DNA of 63,442 bases, counting the filler, from Intoshia linei (taxonomy: Eukaryota; Animalia; Orthonectida): assembly GCA_001642005.1 (NCBI GenBank). It is 4 parts of 4 records of this genome, joined end to end, with 100 filler letters (N's around TTAATTAATTAA, not from the genome) between each part and the next. Parts side by side here need not be neighbours in the genome. Positions count along the whole stretch, not along the records: positions 1 to 20,063 come from LWCA01000701.1; 3 more parts are not named here. One strand, written 5' to 3'. Position 1 is the first letter of the stretch. Every line of letters begins with the position of its first letter. The position numbers and the translations under genes are program-made. Shown here piece by piece: positions 1-13,500 of the stretch. A model generated the notes under the pieces. The model saw only the letters and a list, made by a program, of their open reading frames with translations. It had not been told where the DNA came from and did no database searches.

Positions 1-897
1 CTTTACACACTTGCTGCTTGTGGTGCCGCAGGCGTAACTACCCATTAATTTAGTCACGTTAAAATTTCTTTTACTAACGGCTTTCAGTAAGTTCGATAAC
101 ATGGGTAATTTAGATGGGTAATATTTTGTCAATTAACATGTGCGGTTTAATGGTATAATTATCATTGTCCAGATACACCGTTTCATTTCTATTCATGTAT
201 TCGTCCAATAGATAATTGCCAGTACAAATAGGTGGTAGAAACAAATCATATATGCACTGTAAGTAGTTGACATTAATTTTAGTGTTAATAGAGTTGTTTC
301 CGTAATATACATTTGGGTAAGATATGTTCATAGTATATGATTCGCTTCGGATCTTTGTGTTTGTGAAATTACTGATCAAATAACAATTGTGCACTTTAAC
401 ATTTAATGCCATATTTTGAGACTTAACGTTAAAGTGATAATCGGTGTCGTTATTGTTCTTTGATAATCTCACATCTATTTTTCCACGATGTAGAGGATTG
501 TAAGTTGTGGCTACTTTATTAGATTGTTCTTTGTTTTGCGAATTATCATTTTTATCATCTTATCTTCCTTTTCTGTTTCACAAGTTTACAGCAGATAGCA
601 TGAGTATAATTCTCCGAGTCCATCGTTACATGATCTTCTTGTATTTCGAAGGCAGTACAACAATTCGGTATCACTGTTCTTTTATTGACTTTGTAGAGTC
701 ACGTAAGTAACACTTTTGTCTATTTTATTGCAGTGACTGTTAAACGGTAACCTTTTAAGTTGTCCACATACCCATTGTACGAGGTTAACTATAGAAATCA
801 TCGATTTAGCTGGTATCTGCATGGCATTCCTAGATTTAGGGATTTGATTTTGCATAAAATTTGAGAACCACTCAGCTAGTTCGTCTGATGGCACATT
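1..897 (-). mobile_element. Highly decayed LTR-retrotransposon (Ty3/gypsy-like) gag-pol remnant
   Basis: GC-richer than its flanks, with broken minus-strand ORFs (682-894, 110-472). Minus-strand translation near 80-110 reads ITHVIELTES, resembling the I.H.I.L motif just upstream of gypsy RT. Other motifs are weak. Confidence 0.3.
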
Positions 898-1560
898 TTT
901 CCATGTATTTATTGTAATATCTCTAATTCAAAAAAATGATTTTATTCAAAACAATATTAAAAAAAGTAGCAAAAATAAATTATATATTATATCTATTTCT
1001 TGTTTTGAATGCTAAATATGTAGAATATAACTAAAAAATTATGAAATTATAAAAAAATAAAGTTAAATTTGAAAATCGCTAGTTTCCAAACTTTAGAAAT
1101 ATTTAAAATTTGGTTTTATTAGTTATAATTATAATATCGTCATGAAACAATTTGCTAAACATTTTTTAATAAAATTATACACTAATAAATAATTCTTTTC
1201 CGACCGTTGAGATGGAAATTTATGAAATTTTTTTGAACGTTACAAATGTGCAATTGTCTAAAATTTTTGTTCAATTAATGAATTATTAATTTTTAAATCA
1301 TTGTTAATTCAACATAGTCTTATATAAATATTCATCTTATATAAGTAGTGATATCAATTAAGTGGATGACAATGTTTAAACAAAATTATTTTGTCTTAAT
1401 CCCTGATAATTTTTATTAGTTTGATCAATAGATATTAGATTAAATTATTTAATATTAATTTAAATATATTTATTTCAGTAGATATTATATCTTAGTTAAA
1501 CGAATAAAATACAAAATTTAAATATATTAATTTTGAGATAAAAATTAAATTTATATTTAG

Positions 1561-4500
1561 ATTTCTGTATCCAACAATGATGACAAGAATAATAATTCAT
1601 ACAAAAAAAATTTATTAAATTATTTCAATAATATATTAAATAGGTAATTAATAATACTAAACTTTATACATATTGTACAATCGAATTGTGTGAGTGAATT
1701 GAATGTGATTTTTTGCGCTATGAAGAAATCATGGAACATGTCAGAAATTATATGTATTTATACCAAATGTGTATACAATGTATATATAAACGTTACATGG
1801 ATATCTAAATTTGCCTATAATGATTAAATTAACCATAACAGAGTAGATCAATATATATTCATTTATTCATTCATTCATTTGCACTTTTAAATCAATTTTT
1901 GTTTAACATTTTCGTAATTACATAATTGCTTTATCTATATCTAAGCATATTGTAATATTAATTTGTATAAATAAATATAATGTATCAATTGAATGACTTC
2001 CTAATGTAATGTAACAAATACTGTTAGTTAAATTAAAAAAATAATATTTATTATGTTTGTCTACATTTTCAATTTTCTAACAAATTTTCAAAAGTACAAG
2101 TACACATTTAAATACAAATTCGTGAATATTAAAAGGTTAATATTTAATTTTTACAAATATAAATTAATACTAATTAATATGCATATTAATTCATACAATA
2201 AAAAATTCAAAATCAAAGTGAATTTTCTTTATTTTGATACAATTGTTTACAATTAATTGTAATTGGAGTTATTGAATTACGATTATTCATTTTATTAATT
2301 CAATAATGTAATAAGAAGTCGTGTTGTAATTGTTTAAATTTGAAATTATTGAAAGAAATTTAAAATTATTTGAAACCAATAGATCTATTTTAGTTACAAT
2401 TCGAAAAAATTAAATAACTTTGAACTGATATAAGATTCAATTCAAAATCAAAATCATTTAATTTCTTTATAGAGGTGATTTCGTTTCAATAAGAATGAAA
2501 TTGTTTATATCTAGTTAAGATTTAAAAATAGTGGCCATAAATAATTGAAAATATATAAGTCAGTCATCCTTACAATTAAACTATGTAATCGTCGCATTGT
2601 ATTATAGATTTATATGTCAAATTTACACCGTTTGTGCAGTTTTTATCTTATATATAGATTATTCTTTTTGCTACATTTTCATACCATTATTCCTACAATT
2701 TATACATTGAATACCATTCGCACTAGTCACAAAAATTAAATATAAATATATATAACCAGTTGGAGTTGTGTATTGATTTATTTATCAAAATTTTTTATCC
2801 GAGAAAATGTTTCAAGTAAATTTATCAAGTGAAAAATTGACTATTTTATTACATGATTAGTAAATATCATTGAATTTTTTTAACAATAAATTCATTAGTA
2901 CAATACTACTCTGTAAATATTAAAATTAAATTAAATCGGTTGATTTATTCAGTTAAATTCAAATTTTTAATCTGTATTACACAATTGTACAAATGGGAAA
3001 AAATATGGATAAATCAGATAAATCAAAAAAAGAAAAAATTCTAAATTATGCTATAAATGAAATTTATACATTGAAAAAGGCTGTACGGCAGAAAAGAAAC
3101 GGAAATTCTAAACATTTTGAAAAATCGGAAAAATTAGAATCCTTCATATCAACATGTAATGCAACTAATCAAAGTAAAAAAATACAAAATCATGTTGAAA
3201 CATGGATAAATACTTTACCAAAAAATTGTATTTACAACACATTTGATTGTTTATCTCATGATGCAAATCTAACTATTGGACGGGATACTAATGATATCAA
3301 TGAAAGAAATTATCTCAAATTTGCTAAAATCGAGCCAATTGAACAAATTAAAACTTCTAATGATAGCGCTATATCCAATTATTTTGATTCAAATTCAACT
3401 TTAAATAAAAATGAAATAGGAATGAATACATTTGACTACATTTTATCTAATACCTGGATGTATCAATACGACTCAAAAATAAAATCAAATACCACAATGT
3501 ATAATGATACGATTAATGATTCTTTTTTCCAAAGTTATCAACAAGTTTCATATACCAGTTTTACACATACTCAGTTTTGGAAACCTTCCTTTTTTTGTAA
3601 ATCTAATCTTATTTGGTGGAAAAATCTCATTTATTTTATTAGAAAGTATTTTTTTCTAAAATTTCATTGAAATTTAAATATAAAATAGTTTCGAAATAAA
3701 ACAAAATGAATTATAAAGTACTTTTTTGATCGTGAAGGCGTCACTTTTTAAAATTGAAATTTTTTGTGTGTGTTAATTGGTTATAACTGTATTAACTTTG
3801 ATTTTTTTTAATTCTAGAACTATTTAAATTTTTTAAAAAAAGTGTAATCTGGGTTTTGATCGTGAAAATCAACTTTTTTAAGGTTGCAATTTATGATAAT
3901 AATTAGGATTTTAAAGCCTATCCCATAATTTAGTTGTATAAAATTCTAAAACTTTTTTCATTTTAAAAAAAAAAAAGTAATTTGTGGTTTTGGGCGTGAA
4001 GATATAAGATTTTGAAATTAAAATGTATCAATCTTTATGATTTTAAAATTTATTATCTTTAGCAGATTATGTATTGTTATAATTCTAGAACTGGTTTGAA
4101 TTTTAAAAAAAAAGATAATTGGGTTTTTGACCTTGAAGGACTCAATTTCTGAGAATGAAATTGGCGATAAAACATCACCCTCGAAAAACTGTAATTGACA
4201 TATGAAATTTTTAAAATTAAACATTATCAGTTAAAACGCATATAATTATTTAATCATTTATCATATGCATTTTATCACCTAATTAGCTTGACTGTTGTGT
4301 AGTTCGTACAAACAGCAGTTAGATCTACCGAGGAAAAACTTTAAATTTAACGGATTTTTTAATTTATTATATATAATTAGCCTGTGATTTTAAAAACAAT
4401 CAAATTATAGTTACTACTCTGTAAAATTGTCATAAAAACATATTTCGCGTGAATGTTGCCAACATTGAAATAAATATCAATATGATAATAACTAAGTTAC

Positions 4501-7500
4501 ACTGTATTTGATTATAAAGTTTATAATAAACTGAAACTTTTTGAAAATGAGAAATTATTATTATAATTATTAGAAATCATTAAAAAACCGAAATATTCAA
4601 TTAATGATATTGAAACCAATATTTTTGTATTTCAAATGTGTATAAAGTCAATTTGCATATTTTTTTTAAATTGTAGGATGAATATTTACATTTTTAATTT
4701 TAATCAAAACATTTAAAAAATATTGGTTGATAATATAAAGTTATTTTTCACAGGGAATGCGTAGAGTTTTAGGGTTGAAATTTTGTCTCTATATTAACTG
4801 AAATAAGCTGTATAAGAATAACCTTTGCTATAAATTCTATGACCATTAATTATTTCCAATTTTTTGGTTTAATAAAAGTTTCCAAATAAAAAAATTAATA
4901 CTAAAATGCATTTTTGAACGTGAAGGCGTCACTTTGTGAAATTAAAAATTTTTGTGTGTGTTAAGTCGCTATGAATGTATGGGCTGTGATTTTTTTAAAA
5001 TTCTAGAACTATTTTTATTTTTTACAAAAAGGGTAATCAGGAGGTTTGATTGTGAAATTGCACTTTTTTAGAGTTGCGATTTATGATAATTGTGATCATT
5101 TTAAAAACTATCGTAGAATTTATGTTGTATAAAATTCTAGGAAAAGGATAATAACTTTCAAACGCATCTCAGAATATATGTTTGTTTAAATTTTAGGGCT
5201 GATTTTATTTTTAAAAAAGAGGGGAAATTTAGTTTTTAACTTTGAAGGACTATATTTCTAAAATTGAAATTTGCGTTACTACATCACGTTGAAAAAAAAT
5301 ATTAGAGATTGGGTTTTTTTAAGTTATAGGACTGTTAATTTCTAAATAAACTGTAAAACACGGACACATACCACAGAGACGTTATATTTAATATGCATGT
5401 TAAGTAAAGGATTATTATGTAATAATAAACACAGTGTGAATTACACACGTACGGTATACAAAATGTTATTGCAAATTTTTGAATTAAAATTAAAATAAAA
5501 AGTGAAAATCGTAAAATTTTATAAATTTAATATACCATAATATATATAATGTAATAATACATTTATTATAATAAATATTGATAATATTTAAATTTATTAT
5601 ACACTTTACGATTTTAAATGTATTTAGAAATGGAATTGAAATTAAAGATTTTGGTCCGAGTTGGAGAGATGGATTAGCTTTTGCACATTTATTAAAAAAT
5701 TTTGTTGATATCCCATTAGATGAATTTAAAAATATGACTTCTCGTGAAAGATTAGAAAAAGTTTTTGATTTAGCGCAACAAAAATTAAACATCCCCCCAT
5801 TATTGGACCCTAATGGTAAATTTTATAAATTAAAAATTTAGCAATTATGCATAAATATAAGGATCCACGAATTAAGCTAGTGAATTGAAATATTAAGCCA
5901 CTCCTGAATTTGGAATGAAAAAATATTTATAATAATAATAATGTTTATTTTATACGTTCAAGAATAATATTAATAATAAAGACTTTCTTAAATATGGGTC
6001 TTATAATTAAAAATCAATCATATTAGTTCATATATCTAAGTTAGAGTTATAAAATTAAAAAAAAATTTTTTTCAATGTAATATTTGCAGTGTGATATGAA
6101 AAATGATCTAAGAAATTTTATTGTAGCTAATAATAAAAGGTTATCGACTTGATTGATTAGTTGGTGTATATTTAAATCATCACAGATACTTTATTTTACT
6201 TGTTAATGTCATTTTAACGTATATTTTTTTGTTATTTTTGCAAAAGAAATTCATATATATTGACAGTAAAGCTAAACAGAAACTAATTTTGTAACACAAC
6301 AAATCATTATCATAGAACATGGAATTTGTTTTATTTCTATTATTAAATTGATTGCTTCCATTGTTAGATCATTTTTTATATTTATTTTATGTTTAAAATA
6401 TAACTTTATCTACAAAATTTTTTTTTAAATTTCCATAAATCAAAAAAATAATACTAATTTTATTTATATAGATATTGATGTCGATAAACCGGAAGAAAGA
6501 TCAATAATGTCATATTTATCGCTATATCAAAATAAAAACTTTAATTTTCATCAATTTGAAAAAAAGGTTAAATTATCATGAAAAATAACATTTATAAGAT
6601 TAATATAATTTAATTAGATAATATAATATATAGCACATCACTTTTTTTTTTGAGCCACTGGACTAATATTTCCCATAATTAATTTATTAAATCCTAGAAC
6701 AATTATAATTTGCTTTTTTTACAATGATAATGCACACTTAGGTTTGAATTGATGATGAAACCCTGACAGGAAAAACTGAATTAAAAATTTTACAGACAAA
6801 CAGACATTAATATAATTTTCACTAAGTAAAAATCTCAACTTACATAGAGATTTAAATTAATATAATCCAACAATTATAATTTTTATTATAATTTTTTTAC
6901 AATGCTAAGTTTTACACATTTACAACTACCATTTAATCATTATTTGTAGGTATTTTGCGAAATAGAAGATGTTGATCAATGGATAAATTACACTGAACGA
7001 TTGTTAGAAAATATAAATGGAAATTTTAACAATGTAAATGAAGAATACACGAAATATTCAAATTTTTATGATAAAAATGTAAGTGTGAAACAGTTTTTGG
7101 ATAAAATGTACTCACAAAATAACATGACTGAAAGTCAATTTGATAGCTACAATATAATATTTAAAGATATTGACCAAAAATGCGAAAAGTGGCAGTATTT
7201 TATCAATTCTCATTTATTACCCAACAATTCAATTATTATGGAATGGATTATGAAGTATATTTTTTAAATTAAATTTATCATACTCATTATGTTTTAATCT
7301 TATAAACTAATGCAGTGGTCCGTAAACTTTTTTACAGCACCGTTTTGCAGAGATATAAACATTTTATCAATAAAAGGGGTGTAAGACTCAATTGGATTTG
7401 CGGATCAAATTAAGAAAAAATAATGAAACCAATTGTTTTAATAAATAAAAATACCAACGTACTGATAAATCAAGTGTAATAATTATTAAATCTGAATCCC

Positions 7501-10500
7501 ATTTTTTAATATCGTGTTTTCTTCAACCTTAAATTCAAAAAGAAAGATTATTATGCGATATATATCATATATGAATACAATATACATGTATAATGTGTCA
7601 AATCGTGGCGGGCCGCGTTTGACACTATGATTTAGACTATATATAATATCTCTTATAATTTTACTAGAATTCAAGATTTGTTAAATAATTCAAGTGAATT
7701 TACTGAAAAACTATCAAGTGATCATTTTGTTTACGGGAGTGAAATGGATACAATCGACAATTTAAACGAAAAAAAGCAGAATATATATGTAATCAAATAT
7801 AATTTATTTAATTTATAAAATATAAATACAATGTAAATTTAAATTGTAATTTTTTATAATTTATTTATTATTAGAATGAAATGAACAATTTTAATGAAAT
7901 TAGTAATATTTTCGCTGATGAATACAAAAAATTACAAAAACAAAATTATAACGAATCTCTAATTGAATACATAGACAAAATAAAGTCAAAATTGTTATCT
8001 ATTCCAAAAACGTTTAAAAATGTTGACTTGTTGATTGATTTTTGGATATTTTATTTGAATATTGTTTTCTTTCTACAAATCATAGAAGAAGGTCTATCAA
8101 AATGGACGATTAAATTTGATAATTTCCGTGAATTAGAAAATATATATGTTGATTTTAATGTAATTCTATTATTGAAATTATCATTTTAAGAGATTGTAGA
8201 CGGGATTTATAAATTTTTATTTATGATAGATTTAACAATTTTGTTCGTAAATAATATTTCATTTTATTCATCAACAAATATTTTATAAATTTTCTTATAA
8301 AAAATGCAAATACTCTAAGTATTCCTAATAGTATTGTAAATTAAATGAATTTACATTTCAGTTTTTGCAAAACTATTGTAGAAATATTATTCAGTTTTAT
8401 CATTTTCTAAAAAAAGAGTAAATTGGATTTTTAAAGGTAACATTTCACATTTTTAATACTGAAATTTACCTTACTTCTCTATCGGAAAAAACTGATTAGA
8501 GTTTGTATTTTTTAAATTGTAAAAATTTTTAAATAGGATTGTAATAAATATAAAAATGATAATAACAAAGTTGTATTACTTTTAGTTTCGTTGTTGTAGT
8601 TTAAATTTGAAACAAAATGTTTTGAAAATAAGAATTTGAAATTTAAAAATTGTGTAGCAATGAAAAAAATTCCGAAGGAATAAATTATATAGATTTTCAC
8701 CCATATTTCTTTATTGGAAATGTGTAGACGTTCAATACACACTTTTTTGAAATTGTAGATTTACATTTTCATTTTTGATTTTTAATTGATTTATTTGAAA
8801 AATATTGGTTGAATATATTAAAAGTAATATCAACTGGAATAAGCTCTATCAGAATAATCTCTTTTTTTTAATTTTTGCACCGTTAATTATTTCACATTTT
8901 TTGTTTTAATAAAATATTTCGGAAAAAAATATAAATACTAAAATGTTTTTTGACCGTGAAGTCGTCACTTATTCGGATTGAAATTTTTTATGTGTGTTAA
9001 CATGATACAACTGTACCTACCTGTAAATTTTTTGAAATTCTAGGGCTGTTTTCATAAAAAAAGAAGGGTAATATAGGGCTGTTTTCATTAAAAAAAGAAG
9101 GGTAATTTTGAGGTTTTGGCCCTAAGGATATAATTTTTTTAAATTTAAATTTATGATAATATTTATAATTTTAAAATTCGTATCAGAGTATATATTTTTT
9201 TAAATTCTCCAACTTGTTTGATTTTCAAAAAAAAGGACAGTTGGGTTTTTTGACTTGTAAGATCTGAGTTTTGGAAGTTGAAATTTATTTTGCTAACACC
9301 CGGAGACACTGTATTTGAAATGTGGACTTTATAAAGTTATTGAAGTAATTATAATTATTGAAGTTATATGTAGTTATTGAAATAAACGATAACACACACA
9401 CACAAAGACAAACAAAGCATATTATATAAGTAAGGATTACATTAATAATATCCCATTATGACTTTTGTTATATCACTCTGAGATTAAATATTTTTTAAAT
9501 TCTTGGACTAATTTATATTTTTTAAATTATTTTTTGGTAAATTATAGGACTCTTCATTTTTTAGTTAAACGGTAACACAGATACAGACATTAAATTATAG
9601 ATAAGTACCGGATTCTAATTACAGGGAAGACTTCATAGAGGCGCATTTATTTCTTATGTTCTCCTTGTAAGTATATGTGTTCATATGTTAATCACCGCTG
9701 CTTATACAATGTGTTATTATATGGATACTTTACTGTAGTTTTTAATTTTCATATTCTTATAATTCAATTTTTAGAAAATTATTGAAAAAAGTGGTATGCA
9801 GAAAATAATGCAAGGTTTTACTGAAAATTTGAAAAAAACCTTAGCTGATATAAATGAACTTTATTATGGTAATTAATGTGCTGTACTCTGCACGTTGTGT
9901 ATTTTAGAGGTGGTTAAAATCCTTTAAAATTTTACTAAATATATATTTTATGTCATAATCAACCCTTTTAGAAATCTCCAAAATAAATAATTTATAGAAT
10001 TACGTACATACATGTTTGTATGTACATTAGGGTGTCACATTTTTTCGAAAATTTTAGAATTTGATGGATGGTTAGCACTAACTGTGTGTATTTTTAAAAA
10101 AAAACTCTATAACATAATCAAAAACTACTAACGATAGATAAACCATTATAAATTTTATAGTAAAATTAAAATATAACTTTATTTTTTTAAAAAACAGCAT
10201 TATAGCACATTTTCATAGTGTACAGAGTATTATGTTAATCACTGTTTATAACTAAACACCTGACTTTTTTAATTTTTATTCTAGCTGTATTAGTTCGATA
10301 TTTATATTTATATACATTTATATCTTTTTTTGGCTAGAATAAATTTCGTTTTTAATTTCTCTATAATATTTTTATGAGATATTGAAAATAATCAACAGTT
10401 GTTTAAGTTTTAAAATTTTAGATTATGTTATTTTACACGAAAATAATCTAGATGCGTACTAATTACCCTTGCTTCTTGAATACTAATGACACCCCACTGC

Positions 10501-13500
10501 ACAATGTGCACGTTAATATGTCAACTTATTAACATATTAATAAATTTTAAATAATACACTTATTTATTTATTATTATTATTATATATATTATTAATAGAT
10601 AAATTATCGACTGAAAAATTAAACAAACAAACAAATGATTGTATCAAAATTTGGAATAGTTACAAAGAAAATATATGCCACATTGAAAACAATTTAAAAA
10701 CAACTAAGCATAATTGGTTGAAATATAAATCAAAATGTGATATCATTGAAACTACATTATTAAATAGTGAAAAAGAAATATTTCAAAATACTAAAGAACG
10801 AGATATTCAGGTACAAATAAAAACGTTGTATCTAACAACGATAAATGTTTTTAAACCTTTTCAAATTTTTAATATATTGCATACATCCTTTTTACAGACG
10901 ATGTATATTACATCTACAGTGTAAACGTGATATGTAGGGTAGATTATACACAATTTTCTTATAAATCAAATTTTTTTCATAGAAAAGTGAAATTTTGTTT
11001 GAAAATTGTTTGAATAGTAAAATTTTTGTTTGAGAATAAAAAAATTAATTCATTTGAAAATGATAAATTTCTTTGAAACTAAAAAATTTTGTTAAAAAAA
11101 TAAAAATTTTAGGAAAATTAAATTTTCTCAGTTTATTAATTCAAATATATTAGATTGAAGAATTAAAAAATGTTATTATTTCAACTAAACACAATATATC
11201 AGAATTATCTCATTTATTCGAAATTTTAAATAATAATTTGACCGATAAAGAGTTAAAACACATGTCAGTTCAAATAAATATGTACAACCGTCAATTAAAT
11301 GACGTTAACAATTCATACAATACAAAATTAAAAGATCAAAAATTAATCGATTTTTTAAATGACTGCCAGGATTCTGTCAAAATTACTTCAGTATTTATAA
11401 ATGATTGCTTACAATTATTTAAAAAAAAAATTTTATATGAAAATAGAGATTTGGTTTGCTATGAAGAAAGCATTGAGGTATTTTACTATGTTGTATAATA
11501 TCATATTTATAGAAATGCTTAAACTTTAGTGATACATTTTTATTATATTAGAATTTTATTATTATTATTAGAATATATGTTGCATAGAATGTGTAAAACT
11601 GTGAAATGTACACATTCCACGGGCAAATCGTAGAATGTATAAAACTTTCATTTATAATTTAGTTTAATTTTAGGTTTTAGAAATTTATTTTGAACCAAAT
11701 TTTAAGGGGCGTTTCTTAAAAATTTTTTTTTGAATCAAACTTGCAAGGGGAGGTTTGTTTAGATTTTTTTTGAACCAAAATTTCAAGGGGGGTTTCTAAG
11801 ATTTTTTGAACTAAATTTTTAGGGAGGTTTTTAGGAAATTTTTTTTGAACTAAAATTTCAAAAGGAGTTATCGTGAAAAATTTTATATTTATCAATTGAA
11901 CGATAATTGATATCAATATAAAAACAGCATTACAAAAACGCTATGTGAGGTTAAATATTTCATTTTTTCACTCCAAACTTGGTAAATGTCTTAGTGGGTC
12001 GAACATTAATCGTATCCATGTTTAAAATAAAATAATTAGTGCCAATTAAGAAAAAGGGAGAAAAGCACGCGAAAACCTTAGAAAGGAAAACCGCTTAATG
12101 TTTTTTCTAAAATTTATATAAATTTTTCTAAAAATATATTTTTTAGAGGTTTTTAAGTACCCTCTTCAGCGTGGTATAGGGTATTTTTAACAAAAATCAA
12201 TATTTGTAAAAAACGAACAGCCTTTATATACATGTTAGATATTATTATTGCTAAAGTTTTCTGAAATGTTTGACATGTCTATCCGTATACAATAAATAAA
12301 AATTTAAAGATCATTATTTTTAAAGATTATAAACTTCATTAATCTGTTGAATAATTAACTTATTAAATTTACTTTTATTTACATTAATTAAATTAAATTT
12401 TATATTATTTAGAAATTATTTAAAATGTTAAATTTGCTTAAACTAAAGGAGATTGATGAAATATATTATAAATGCTCAAAATTTAAAGAAAAAAATCAAG
12501 AATACACTAATGTGACTATTATAAATGAAAAAATGAATGTTATGCATAATTTGTTGTTTCATATTCAAAATATTGATGTTGAATTAAGTAAAAGAAATGA
12601 AGATATTAAGCTAATTATCGAACAAAGAAATCAATTTTCAGTAATGGATTTACCACAATGGACTCAACATGTGACTAATAAGATTGATAGTGGATTGAAT
12701 CGGACTGATGACAATTGTATAGATGTACTAATGGTAATATTTGTGTAATAATAACTTTATGTAACAAAAATGTGAACGCATGTAATCGTAACATGTAAAA
12801 TGTTTTCGATATCTGGTATATGTGCATCGTTATGAATAGACAGAATAGATTAGAAACGAAATGTTACTATTAGTTAAGTGGGTAATTGCAGTGAGCCTCA
12901 GCTATACATTATATCATAAATAATAAGTTTTCTCAATCTTCAATATTTGATCAATACCATATTTATTCTATTATTACCTACGTTTCAAATGTGTGAAAGT
13001 ATTCATATATATTTTTTGTATATTTTGGTTTCCTCTAAAATTCAATTACTTTAATAATATTCATTATGAACATATTTATTTATTATTCATACCCTTAAAA
13101 ATTAAAAAAATAAGATATAAATTAATAAAAGTACATTATTGTATAGTTGAATTTAATCAATTATTTTAAGTTTCCCCTATTTTATAGTCTCTTGGTATAA
13201 GAAAAAAAATAATAGAAAGATGTTTATACGACACCATTATTTCACTTCTACTTATCATTATCATTGTGCTCTTGAGACACCTCCTTTTATAAGAAATTCT
13301 TCAATTTTAGCTATGTGAATTATTCGATAAGTAAAGAAATTATAGACTTACCTTAAAATGACATATTATTAACGTATATTTAAAAATTAAAATTTTAAAA
13401 AAATTTAGAAATATGTTAATGAATGTAGTCAAAAATGTGAATATATGGAGAACGTATTGGATTCCATTGAAAAATTGAAAAACTATAAATACATAGACAT

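Noticed and set aside
2053-2256. Short F/I/K/N/Y-rich ORFs (also 20706, 23219, 31634, 33751, 58641)
   Set aside because: Composition expected by chance in very AT-rich DNA; no motifs or splice support.
3720-4150. Regularly spaced motif resembling a CRISPR array
   Set aside because: The intervening sequences are homologous to each other (diverged ~133-bp tandem units), the context is eukaryotic, and there are no cas genes.
8512-8742. Repeated ORF MCIERLHISNKEIWVKIYII (also 29568-29771) as a gene family
   Set aside because: It lies in the conserved Helitron core, starts and frames differ between copies, and indels break it in the 21.8 kb and 54.8 kb copies.
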